The notes under the pieces are model-generated. The model saw only the letters and a program-made list of their open reading frames with translations, did not search any database and was not told the DNA's origin. DNA of 64,000 bases from an uncultured Actinomycetota bacterium (lineage in GTDB: Bacteria; Actinomycetota; Actinomycetes; Mycobacteriales; Mycobacteriaceae): contig CAVOOG010000002.1 in NCBI GenBank assembly GCA_963697475.1, positions 3,038 to 67,037 of the forward strand, in the 5' to 3' direction. Shown here one piece after another: positions 32,152-41,420 of the stretch; position 1 is the first letter of the stretch; the number at the start of each line of letters is the position of its first letter. A program made the position numbers and the translations under genes.

Positions 32152-33257
32152 CCGGCGCCACCGTTCTGCGTCGGAGACAGCGCGGCAGCGATGGTGGCGT
32201 CAAGCGCATTTCGCAGTGTCCTGGTGCGGTAGTCGCTGCTTACACAGCTATAGATCGCCGTGGTGGAAGCGTGTTCATGGCCCATTTGGTGTTGGACGAA
32301 CATCGCGTCCCAGCCAGCTTCGAGTAAGTGCGTTGCATAGGATCGTCGGAACGAGTGGAGATCGAGGCCGGGAGAAAGGTCGAGATCGTCGCAGTATCGG
32401 CGAAAGCGCCTTATGAGCGTGGTTTCCGAAACGAGATTGTCGCGTTCGCTGGGGAACAGGTCGATCCCGTCGTCCATATGCTGTTGCCCATTTTCGAACC
32501 AATCGGTGAGCACCTCAGGTGTCCAGTCAAAGACTGTCAGCACACTGCGCCGTTTAGGCGGGGAGCCTTTTTTTGCCTTGCCGTAGCGCACATGCACCAG
32601 ACCGAACTTCCCGAACTCCTTGGCCTGTGGGTTCCTCGCGAAGTCGACCGTCTGCAGGTGGCACAGTTCATTGAACCGCAAGCCATACGAGTAGGCGATC
32701 TTGAACATTACGGCGTCACGGTAAGCGGGCAGCCAACCCTTTCTTCCTGACGCGGCAACGGCGGATACCTGCTCATCAGCGTGGTCGAAGAAATCTTGCA
32801 GCTCGCGCTTGGTGAAGGCGCGCTTCTCTGGTCGGGCTTCGTTTTCCTGAACATGCTGAGCGGTGTTCCAGTCGAAGAAGACCTGGGATGGGTGGGTGCC
32901 GAACAGTGCTTCACAGACGCGGTCCCAGCCGTAGTCAGGATTACTGACGTAGGAACAGAACTGCCGAAGGCCAACCTGATAGGAGCGGATCGACGATTGG
33001 GCGAGCGTATGGATCGAGCGTAGATCGCCGAAGAACTCGTCGACCATGGCGACGGTCCAAGTCCACGGGAACTCATTGGAGTGTTCCATGAAGCGCTGCA
33101 CCTGCTTGATGCGGGCATCGATAGTCTCGAACTGCAGATTGCGGCTCAGCTGCTGGTTGCGCCAACCTTGGAGCATTTCGGCGACCGTCTGTTCTTCGGG
33201 GTGCAGGGGCCTAACCGCTTCAACGAGATACGCACGTCCGATGTCGTCGACTGCCAC
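32148..33257 (-). CDS. Tyrosine recombinase/integrase
   Basis: GLRFNEL, RYGKAKKG, HSFRRSYATH, QMGHEHASTTAIY (R-K-H-R-H-Y catalytic set present). Confidence 0.92.
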   Translation of the reverse strand: MAVDDIGRAYLVEAVRPLHPEEQTVAEMLQGWRNQQLSRNLQFETIDARIKQVQRFMEHSNEFPWTWTVAMVDEFFGDLRSIHTLAQSSIRSYQVGLRQFCSYVSNPDYGWDRVCEALFGTHPSQVFFDWNTAQHVQENEARPEKRAFTKRELQDFFDHADEQVSAVAASGRKGWLPAYRDAVMFKIAYSYGLRFNELCHLQTVDFARNPQAKEFGKFGLVHVRYGKAKKGSPPKRRSVLTVFDWTPEVLTDWFENGQQHMDDGIDLFPSERDNLVSETTLIRRFRRYCDDLDLSPGLDLHSFRRSYATHLLEAGWDAMFVQHQMGHEHASTTAIYSCVSSDYRTRTLRNALDATIAAALSPTQNGGAG

Positions 33258-33280
33258 CCGAAACTCCCGCCATCTGGTAT

Positions 33281-33309
33281 CAACAGATGAATCAATGATT
33301 CATCTGTTG
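33281..33309. promoter_or_regulatory. Perfect 14-bp inverted repeat upstream of the integrase (putative operator)
   Basis: CAACAGATGAATCA-A-TGATTCATCTGTTG; 19-bp part (33293-33311) recurs at 33471-33489. Confidence 0.6.
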
Positions 33310-33503
33310 CATCATTAAGTCAAGACTCCAGGCCAGCGTGTCGCCCGAATGGTCGCGGAAGTCGTCGTGGCCGTAACCGCCGCGAGTGCACATCGCAGGT
33401 TCGGCGGGCGGAAAGGGCTTGGGCGGCAGGCGAAAACGATGGTAGGAGCGAGGCCCGGACCGATCGCGAGCAATGATTCATCTGTTGCAATATGCAGTGG
33501 TTT

Positions 33504-33531
33504 ACTTGACATAATGTAGATTATCGGCAGT
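33504..33531 (-). other. dif-like XerC/D recombination site
   Basis: Minus strand ACTGCCGATAA-TCTACA-TTATGTCAAGT, 11-6-11 layout; 23/28 to the mycobacterial dif as recalled (TAAGCCGATAAGCGACATTATGTCAAGT). Confidence 0.75.
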
Positions 33532-33932
33532 AAACTACGGCGAGTTGCATCAGATGCAAGGACTCGCACCTCGCTGTGTCCGATCCGGAACTTGTTGAGA
33601 GTAATCCGGGAAAACCTGAGAGCTGTCCGACTTTTCGTCCGCGTTCCACAGCTATCTGACAGTGCTTACCCGCCCAGGCGTCCGCCCATTCACCTGCGCT
33701 CATTCGGCCGACGAACTCATGGCGCCGGGCCTGAATCTGCGACTACCTGAGAGCGCCGGACCGGGACGATTGGCGATCCAGAACTATCTGACACCGGCCG
33801 ACAACTGCGCCCCCGAAACCCCAGGCCACACTCGCTCAATTCGTCACTGTGACGTTAATGGCATGGTATGGCGCGGGTCCCCCTATTCACCGACGAAAAG
33901 CTCTGGAGTCGTAAAGTCCTGCACATCAACCG

Positions 33933-35069
33933 CTACCCGGATGCCGCCCGGCTCGACCGGGCTGCCAGCAAGCCGCCCGGCGTGAGCGCAATCTGGATAT
34001 CGAACCGCCGGCTGGTGTGCTCAGCGGTGGTACGTAGCCACTCGGCATCGGCGGCGCAGACACGTTCGAGGCGCATCTGACGCACGCGCAGCGGCAGCAT
34101 CTGCAGGGAAACCAGTTCGTCACGGCCGGGATCGAATGAGATGAGATGCAGCAGCCTCAGCTCGGGGCGGTAGGACTCATGCCCACCGATGCCCTCATAG
34201 TCGTCGATGACATCGCCGCACCCGTACAGGATCGGCTTCCCCCGGTATATCTCGATCGGCCGGGGATGATGCGAGGAATGCCCGTGCACGACGTCCACTC
34301 CGGCATCGATCAGCCGGTGCGCGAACTGGATCTCAGTCAATCCCACGCCGTAGCCCCAGTTCGAACCCCAATGCACCGAGACGATGGCGATGTCACCGGT
34401 CCGCTTGTGCGCCAACACATGTGCGGCGACTTCGTCGGCCGCAGCACGATGTGACGGATCCCGGATCAACCACACTCCTGGCCGGTCCCGATCCGCGGCC
34501 CATGACTCGCCGACCCCGCTGGACTCCGTCGCTATCGAGCCGATGACGACCCGCCGATCGCCGCTGAGCGTGATCACCGCCGGCCGTTGCGCGGCGTCGA
34601 TGTCCGCACCCGCCCCGACCCCCTCGATCTTTGCCCTGGCGAGCACGTCACAGGTCTCGGCCAATCCCCGGTGTCCGAAGTCGAGCATGTGGTTGTTGGC
34701 CAGAGCACACACGTCGGGACCGAACGCGGTCAGCGCCGGCACATTGTCGGGATGCATCCGGTAATGAATCGCCTTGCGATCCGCGAACTCTCCGTTCACT
34801 GTGATCGTCGTTTCCAGATTGAGTAGCCGGACGTCGGGAGCCGATTCTTCCAGGACCTGCAGAGCGTCTCCCCACGGCCACTCCCAACCGACGGGACGCG
34901 CGATCGGCCCGTTGGCCCTCTCGGCCAGCTCGACGTAGCGACGCGCATCGCGGACCACGGGCTCACGCAACTCGGGATCCCCTGGATGCGCGAGGATCTG
35001 ATCGACGCCGCGGCCGAGCATCACGTCGCCACCGGCGAGGACCGTTAGTACGCCCTGCTCCCCCACCAC
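33933..35069 (-). CDS. CapA family metallophosphoesterase-like protein
   Basis: GDVMLGRGV, LNLET, LANNHMLDFG, SVHWG, GHSSHHP, YGCGD. Confidence 0.9.
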   Translation of the reverse strand: MVGEQGVLTVLAGGDVMLGRGVDQILAHPGDPELREPVVRDARRYVELAERANGPIARPVGWEWPWGDALQVLEESAPDVRLLNLETTITVNGEFADRKAIHYRMHPDNVPALTAFGPDVCALANNHMLDFGHRGLAETCDVLARAKIEGVGAGADIDAAQRPAVITLSGDRRVVIGSIATESSGVGESWAADRDRPGVWLIRDPSHRAAADEVAAHVLAHKRTGDIAIVSVHWGSNWGYGVGLTEIQFAHRLIDAGVDVVHGHSSHHPRPIEIYRGKPILYGCGDVIDDYEGIGGHESYRPELRLLHLISFDPGRDELVSLQMLPLRVRQMRLERVCAADAEWLRTTAEHTSRRFDIQIALTPGGLLAARSSRAASG

Positions 35070-35106
35070 TCCGAACCGCTTCCATGCCTATCGAACGATG
35101 CGGGCG

Positions 35107-35328
35107 TCATTGCCACTTGAGGTCGTCGTTCACCGCTGGCGCAGACTTCTCGCGCTGATCCGCTGGGCGGGTGTCGATCGTGACCGTCTGCCAGTACGCC
35201 GGGCTGTACAGCCGCACATCGCTGCCGCTCGTGACCTCGAGCACCCCGCTCGGGTGTAGTTTATAGGCGGCGCCGTCGGAGAACTGCTCGTCCTCGTCGT
35301 GATCCGGAAGCTGTATCCACATCTGCAT
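35107..35328 (-). CDS. Small hypothetical protein
   Basis: 73-aa ORF with protein-like composition, collinear with neighbours. Confidence 0.5.
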   Translation of the reverse strand: MQMWIQLPDHDEDEQFSDGAAYKLHPSGVLEVTSGSDVRLYSPAYWQTVTIDTRPADQREKSAPAVNDDLKWQ

Positions 35329-35343
35329 GATCAGGTCCGGTCG

Positions 35344-35727
35344 TCAGGGCAGCTGGATGGTGCGTTCGTGCGACTCGATCGCCCGCTGCATCTCGGTGCG
35401 AGACAGTTCGTGCGTGCCGCATTCGCAACCGGCCGGTACCAGGTCGTCGGTGAATCGGCCGGCTTCGAGGAGGTCGGTGTAGCTGGTGCCCTTCTGGGTC
35501 CCGTGATGTGCCGTATCGATGAAGTCGCGGTCTCCGTGAGCATGTGGTCCGAGAACCGACTCGAACACGGGGCCGACCGACGTGTCGAACACTGCTGCGA
35601 CGTGATGGCTGCGAGCGCAGCGGACGCGCAGCAGGGCACGCTCGTCTCGGTCCTTGCCGAGATCGTCCAGCGCACCTCGGGCCATCGCTTCGCGTTCAGT
35701 CGGGCTGAGATCGACTTGGCGGCTCAT
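35344..35727 (-). CDS. Hypothetical protein (CxxxHH and CxC, possible metal binding)
   Basis: MSRQVDLSP...RCARSHHVA...GCECG; GGAAAGGA RBS. Confidence 0.55.
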   Translation of the reverse strand: MSRQVDLSPTEREAMARGALDDLGKDRDERALLRVRCARSHHVAAVFDTSVGPVFESVLGPHAHGDRDFIDTAHHGTQKGTSYTDLLEAGRFTDDLVPAGCECGTHELSRTEMQRAIESHERTIQLP

Positions 35728-35937
35728 GAAATCCTTTCCATTCCAAAGACCGGACCTCATCGAAGCTACTGCCACGACGGGGACATGTACGGAGTCGGAG
35801 GTCCTGCCGACTGTGGTCAAAGGTCCCGAGAACAAGGTCTTTCGCCTGCTGACGAGCGGTACTCCGGGAGTCGATCCTGTATTCGGATCCACCTGGATTG
35901 TGGGACTGGAACGACCGACCAGAGGAGGGCGACACAG

Positions 35938-36252
35938 ATGGCCGAGCGCGCAGTCAAACACCAGAAAGCTCAGAAGAAGGCCGTGGTGAAGAAGACGTCT
36001 GTGAAGAAGGCGGCGGTGAACACCGAAGACCGGGGCGCACGGATTGTGGTCCTCACCGACGACCCTGGCAGGCGGGTGGAGATTCTGCCGGGCTGCCACC
36101 TCGATTCCCTGGGCCGAAAAGAGAACGCGTACTTCTTCGAGGACGGCAACGAGCTGGTCGGAATGATCGTCGAGGGCGGCACTGTCGAGTATCACGCAGC
36201 CGACCGCACCTATGTCGTGCGACTCACCGACGGACAGCACAGCGACGAATGA
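35938..36252 (+). CDS. Hypothetical protein with Lys-rich N-terminus
   Basis: GAGGAGG RBS; [19 protein letters not shown]... Confidence 0.55.
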   Translation: MAERAVKHQKAQKKAVVKKTSVKKAAVNTEDRGARIVVLTDDPGRRVEILPGCHLDSLGRKENAYFFEDGNELVGMIVEGGTVEYHAADRTYVVRLTDGQHSDE

Positions 36253-36279
36253 TCTCCAACGGGTCGAGACGTGCCGAAA

Positions 36280-37226
36280 AGAGTTGTGGTGCGTGGTCCT
36301 CGGCCTGCCGCGCGGTGGGGTGCCGGTGGCTTTCGAGGTCGCCAAAGCGTTGTGGGCACCGCTTGACGTACTCGTCGTGCGCAAGCTCGGTGTGCCGTTC
36401 CAGCCGGAGCTGGCCTTCGATGAGGTGGTGTGCCTGCACACCGGCTGCGTTCTTCGCCGTCGGGCAGGGCTACCGCAACTTCACCCAGACTTCCGACGAC
36501 GAAGTGATCACGCTGCTCGACCGCGCCTGGGCGGACTCCGCCGACAAAGCCGCGATGGCCGCCGCAGACCCGCCTCTGCGCGATGAGGAGGTCCAGGTCG
36601 CCGCAGGACCGGTGTCGGTCGTCGGGCACTTGACCATCCCCGAGAACGCCAGGGGCATCGTGGTCTTCGCGCACGGCAGCGGAAGCAGTCGGCACAGTCC
36701 CCGCAATCGCTACGTCGCGGAGGTCTTGCACGGCGCCGGCCTTGCCACGCTGCTGTTCGACTTGCTCACGCCGGCCGAAGAACGCAACCGTGCCAACGTC
36801 TTCGGCATCGAGTTGCTGGCGTCGCGACTCGTCGACGTGACCGGATGGCTGGCCACCCAGCCCGACGTCGCGTCGCTGCCGGTCGGGTACTTCGGTGCGA
36901 GTACCGGTGCCGGTGCCGCGCTGGTCGCGGCGGCCGATCCGCGAGTGAAGGTCGGGGCCGTCGTGTCCCGTGGGGGCAGACCAGATCTCGCGGGTCGGTC
37001 GCTGATGAAGGTCGCAGCGCCGACCCTGCTGATCGTGGGCGGGCGCGACGACATGGTCCTCGAACTGAACCGGCAAGCACAGGCCGCGATTTCCGGCCGA
37101 TGCGAACTCAGGGCGGTCCCCGGCGCCACTCACCTTTTCGAAGAACCCGGCACCCTCGAACAGGTCGCCGAACTGGCACGCGACTGGTTCGTCCGCCACT
37201 TACGCCAGCCCGTCGCCCAAGCCTAG
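36280..37226 (+). pseudogene. Phosphoribosyltransferase-dienelactone hydrolase fusion with internal deletion
   Basis: [16 protein letters not shown]...RKLGVP joined to DEVVCLHT; hydrolase part AHGSGSSRHSPRN, GYFGASTG, GATHLFEE intact. Confidence 0.8.
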
Positions 37227-37234
37227 ACGAACCG

Positions 37235-37657
37235 ATGGGGGGCAACGCATCGGGACATCGCACTGTGCCGCACACCGCAGATCTGCGGATCGAGGCGTGG
37301 GCCCCGACCCGTGGCGGCTGTATCGGTCAAGCGGTGCTCGGCGCCGTGGAAAGCTTCCTGGACACCTCGGCGGCCCAGATGCAACGGACACATCGAAGTC
37401 GGCTGACCGGTGACAGCGACGACGACCTGCTGGTCGCCGCACTCGAGGAGGTCATCTACCTTCTGGACACGACAGGACAGGCTCCCGTGGGTGTCGAGGT
37501 GGGCGATGCCGACGGCGGGATCGAGATGGCGCTCGAGATGGCGGACGCCAGCGCCCTCAGCCAGGTGGGTGCGGTGCCGAAGGCAGTGGCACTCAACGAT
37601 CTTGAACTGTCGCACAGCGAGGATGGCTGGCGATGCTCGGTGACTCTCGACGTGTGA
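37235..37657 (+). CDS. Archease
   Basis: HRTVPHTADLRIEAW...PKAV...TLDV; directly upstream of rtcB. Confidence 0.88.
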   Translation: MGGNASGHRTVPHTADLRIEAWAPTRGGCIGQAVLGAVESFLDTSAAQMQRTHRSRLTGDSDDDLLVAALEEVIYLLDTTGQAPVGVEVGDADGGIEMALEMADASALSQVGAVPKAVALNDLELSHSEDGWRCSVTLDV

Positions 37658-37669
37658 CGAGGCGGCCAC

Positions 37670-39091
37670 GTGAAGCTGATCGAGGAGACTCCCTACCGGT
37701 TCCGGGTCGAGAAGGAAGGCGCCATGCGGGTGCCCGGGATCGTGTTCGCGTCCCGCGCACTCCTGCCCGCAGGAGACGCAGACATGGCATTGACTCAGGT
37801 GGCCAACGTCGCAACGTTGCCCGGGATTGTGCGGGCCTCCTACGCGATGCCCGACGTGCACTGGGGCTACGGCTTTCCCATCGGCGGCGTGGCGGCGACC
37901 GATATCGACGACGGTGGCGTCGTCTCCCCCGGCGGAGTCGGCTTCGACATCTCCTGCGGGGTCCGTCTGCTGGTGAGCCAGGATCTCGACCGCGACAAAC
38001 TGCAGCCGCGGATTCGTGCGGTGATGGACCACCTCGACGCGGCGATACCCCGCGGCCTCGGCACCGAGGGCGTGTGGCCCTTGCCGAACCGCGGTTCCCT
38101 GGAGCACGTGCTGCTCGGCGGCGCCCGCTACGCGGTGGAGCAGGGCCACGGTGTCGCGCGCGACCTCGAGAGGTGTGAGGACGGGGGTGTTCTCGACGGA
38201 GCCGACGCGGCAACGGTCAGCAACCGGGCGGTCGAACGCGGCCTCGGGCAGATCGGCAGCCTGGGTTCGGGCAACCACTTCCTCGAGGTGCAGGCGGTGG
38301 ATCACGTCTACGACGAAGCCGCAGCCTCCCAGATGGGACTGTCCGAAGGCACGGTCTGCGTCATGATCCACACCGGCTCGCGGGGCCTGGGCCATCAGAT
38401 CTGCACCGATCACGTCCATGAGATGCAAAAAGCCATGAGCCGCTTCGGCATCGAGGTCCCCGACCGTCAACTGGCTTGTGCACCCGTGCGCTCCCCCGAG
38501 GGCATGGCATACATGGCGGCGATGGCCGCCGCGGCCAACTACGGACGCGCCAACCGCCAACTGCTGACGGAGGCGACGCGCCAGGTGTTCGACCGGGAGA
38601 CGTCGACGAGTTTGGATGTGCTGTACGACGTTTCGCACAACCTGGCCAAGCTCGAGAAGCACCCGATCGACGGGCACGTGCGCACCGTGTGCGTGCACCG
38701 CAAGGGCGCGACCCGTTCGCTGCCGCCCCATCATCCCGACGTGCCGGCCGAATTGGCCGCGGTGGGCCAGCCGGTGCTGATACCGGGCACGATGGGTACT
38801 GCCTCCTACGTGCTTGCGGGGGTTGCCGACAACCCGGCGTTCTTCTCGACCGCGCACGGCGCCGGACGGTTACAGAGCCGTCACCAGGCCGCGCGCCACA
38901 CCAGTGCCGACGCCGTACGCAGGAGCCTCGAGCAGGCCGGCATCCTCGTGCGCGGCACCTCCCTACGCGGCCTTGCAGAGGAGAAGCCGCAGGCCTACAA
39001 GGACGTCGACGCGGTCATCGAGACCAGTCAGCGGGCCGGGCTGGCGCGCAAGGTGGCGCGCCTCGTCCCGTTGGGGGTGGTGAAAGGGTGA
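37670..39091 (+). CDS. rtcB: RtcB 3'-phosphate/5'-OH RNA ligase
   Basis: [51 protein letters not shown]. Confidence 0.95.
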   Translation: MKLIEETPYRFRVEKEGAMRVPGIVFASRALLPAGDADMALTQVANVATLPGIVRASYAMPDVHWGYGFPIGGVAATDIDDGGVVSPGGVGFDISCGVRLLVSQDLDRDKLQPRIRAVMDHLDAAIPRGLGTEGVWPLPNRGSLEHVLLGGARYAVEQGHGVARDLERCEDGGVLDGADAATVSNRAVERGLGQIGSLGSGNHFLEVQAVDHVYDEAAASQMGLSEGTVCVMIHTGSRGLGHQICTDHVHEMQKAMSRFGIEVPDRQLACAPVRSPEGMAYMAAMAAAANYGRANRQLLTEATRQVFDRETSTSLDVLYDVSHNLAKLEKHPIDGHVRTVCVHRKGATRSLPPHHPDVPAELAAVGQPVLIPGTMGTASYVLAGVADNPAFFSTAHGAGRLQSRHQAARHTSADAVRRSLEQAGILVRGTSLRGLAEEKPQAYKDVDAVIETSQRAGLARKVARLVPLGVVKG

Positions 39092-39118
39092 CGGTCAGCC
39101 CCCCACCGACCACGCCGC

Positions 39119-39370
39119 CTACTCGCTGCCGTCATCGAGGATCGCCGACTGCACTGCCTCCAGCCGCTGTTGTGCACGCTCATCGGCCGCCTTCTGCTCC
39201 TCCGCAGTGACCACGACCGCGTCCGGGCCCGGGAACACCGTGGCGACATGGTCGCTGTCAATCCAGCGCACCACGTACGGCGGTGAGCCGTCGGCCGAGT
39301 GCACCTCCACGATCAACCCCCGTTGGTCATGGCGACCGACCGTGGTGCCCTTGATGACCAGCCAGTCTCC
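39119..39370 (-). pseudogene. DUF1918 domain protein lacking its first residues
   Basis: GDWLVIKGTTVGRHDQRGLIVEVHSADGSPPYVVRW...FPGPDA preceded by an in-frame TAG. Confidence 0.75.
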
Positions 39371-39442
39371 CTAGGAGTGGGCCCGATACGAATTCGCTCC
39401 TTCACCGGCCGGCGACGATGTTGCTCGCGCAGCGCTGCTTGA

Positions 39443-40255
39443 TTAACCGGGGGGTACCTCGTCGGTCCAAACCCTGAAGCTCGTCAGTGTGTTGGGGCCG
39501 AAGGTGTTGCTGAGCGCGACGTCAGCGGCGTCGCGGCCGCGCGCGATTAGTACCCTGCCGATGCGCGGCGTGTTGTGGCGCGCGTCGAAGGTGTGCCATC
39601 GCCCGCTGAGGAACACCTCAAACCAGGCAGAGAAATCCATCGGTTCGTCCACCGGCGGCACACCGATGTCGCCAAGGTAGCCGGTGCAGTAGCGCGCGGG
39701 GATGTTCATGCAGCGACAGAAAGCGACGGCAAGGTGGGTGAAATCACGGCAGACCCCGACTCGGTCGGTGAAAGCTTCCACCGCCGTGCGGGTGTTGCGC
39801 GCGTGCTGGTAGCCAAAGGCGATATGTCGGTGAACGAAGTCGCAGATTGCCTGAACTCGGCCCCATCCCGTTGGCGTCTGCCCGAAGAGATTCCACGCCG
39901 TCTCGGACAGCCAATCGGTTTCGCAATACCGGCTCCCGAGTAGGAAAACCAGCGTGTCCTCGGGGAGGTCTGGCACGGGAATCTGTTGCGCCTCCGGAAC
40001 GATGACGTCGGGCAGTCCAGTGTCATTGACGATGGCATTGGTGCAGACGCGCGTTCGGCCTTTGGGCGCGACAATCCGGGTGCACCAGTTGCCGAAGCCA
40101 TCGCGATAGGCTGCCAATGGGACCGGCGGGTCGAACAGCAGGTCATCACGGCCGACGAGATCGGACACTCGGGTGAAGTGGACGTTGAGGTTGAAGATCA
40201 TCGGGGTGGGCTGTGGGCAGTCGTAGATCATCTCGAAGCCGACGTTGATTTGCAT
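39443..40255 (-). CDS. Transglutaminase-like protein
   Basis: GSRYCE, GVCRDFTHL, ARYCTGYL, DFSAWFEV, FDARHN. Confidence 0.9.
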   Translation of the reverse strand: MQINVGFEMIYDCPQPTPMIFNLNVHFTRVSDLVGRDDLLFDPPVPLAAYRDGFGNWCTRIVAPKGRTRVCTNAIVNDTGLPDVIVPEAQQIPVPDLPEDTLVFLLGSRYCETDWLSETAWNLFGQTPTGWGRVQAICDFVHRHIAFGYQHARNTRTAVEAFTDRVGVCRDFTHLAVAFCRCMNIPARYCTGYLGDIGVPPVDEPMDFSAWFEVFLSGRWHTFDARHNTPRIGRVLIARGRDAADVALSNTFGPNTLTSFRVWTDEVPPG

Positions 40256-40419
40256 GATCAGTGTCCTTTATCGGCTCTTCAATCTTAAGTGGGCAGTTGT
40301 GATTTCGCTCTCATAGAGTGTGTCGTTGAAGTTGGAGGCCCCTGGTCTTCCGAAGTCTGAAAGTTGCGAAGCATTCAGGCTGACGAAGGGAACCAAGGGC
40401 CAGTGTCTGACCTATGTTG

Positions 40420-40502
40420 TCCCTATGTTGTCGAAATAGCCGCCGATAGGACGCGGGAATTTTGTTGCCGCCGTGTTCACAGGTGATGATGAAGCGATCC
40501 AA
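40420..40502 (-). pseudogene. N-terminal remnant of N-formylglutamate amidohydrolase
   Basis: FIITCEHGGNKIPASYRRLF. Confidence 0.6.
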
Positions 40503-40516
40503 CGTCTGACGGCCCG

Positions 40517-41245
40517 TCACCAGCGCAAGTCGGGTAGATCGCGAAACACCTGCCGCACGCCTTCGCCCCATTGTTGGCTCAGGGTGGTGAAATAGGGGTC
40601 TCCTTCATCGAATCGCCGCCGCCACTGCACTTGGAGGCTGTCGCGTTCGTAGCAGATCAGGTCGATTGGCATGCCCACCGATAAGTTGCTGCGCATGGTC
40701 GAATCAAAAGACACCAGCACACATTTCGTGGCATCGGTTAGGGGCGTGTGTTGGGTAAGCACGCGGTCGAGGATGGGCTTTCCGTACTTGGTTTCGCCGG
40801 TCCGGAAGAAGGGCGTGTCGGTCCCGGCTTCGATGAAATTTCCCTCGGCATAGATCCGGAACAGCCGGATCGGCTCGCCGCCGATCTGCCCACCGACGAT
40901 GAACGAGGCGTTGAAGCGGATGTTGTTCTCGGCCAAATATCCGGCGTCGCGCTTCTCGATATCGCGTATCGCGTCGGCAACCAGCCTGACAACATCGAAC
41001 ATTGTCCGGGCACCCAAGAGATTAGCGGCAGAGGCGCCGTCAGCACAACGCTGCGTCAAGACGCTGATAACAGCCTGGGTTCCGGCCAGGTTTCCCGAAC
41101 TCAGCAAAACGATAACGCGGTCGCCGGGACGCTCGAATACCGTCATTTTGCAGAACTTGGCGAAGTTGTCCACCCCGGCATTCGTACGGGAGTCCGAGGC
41201 GAAAACCATTCCCTTATCCAGCAATACGCCGATGCAGTAAGTCAT
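40517..41245 (-). CDS. Proteasome-type protease (Anbu)
   Basis: MTYCIG...ASDSRTNAGVD (N-terminal Thr nucleophile), SGNLA, GETKYGKPILDR, SNLSVGMPIDL. Confidence 0.9.
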   Translation of the reverse strand: MTYCIGVLLDKGMVFASDSRTNAGVDNFAKFCKMTVFERPGDRVIVLLSSGNLAGTQAVISVLTQRCADGASAANLLGARTMFDVVRLVADAIRDIEKRDAGYLAENNIRFNASFIVGGQIGGEPIRLFRIYAEGNFIEAGTDTPFFRTGETKYGKPILDRVLTQHTPLTDATKCVLVSFDSTMRSNLSVGMPIDLICYERDSLQVQWRRRFDEGDPYFTTLSQQWGEGVRQVFRDLPDLRW

Positions 41246-41420
41246 GCGATGCGCCTTCTGTGCAAACGACCCCGCCGTCCATAATTGCACGCGCTTTGAC
41301 TACCGGCAGACGTGCAGGTGAGCGATTCGCAATCCGGATTTGATTTCGCCCCGATCCCTTCGAGGGTACAAGCCTATGCCGCTCGGCGCGCGGCGGCGGG
41401 AAATGCCGACCCTGCGTTTA

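Noticed and set aside
33504-33531. The host chromosomal dif / replication terminus
   Set aside because: Spacer and XerC arm differ from the recalled consensus and the context is a mobile integrase module; cannot be excluded without the whole replicon
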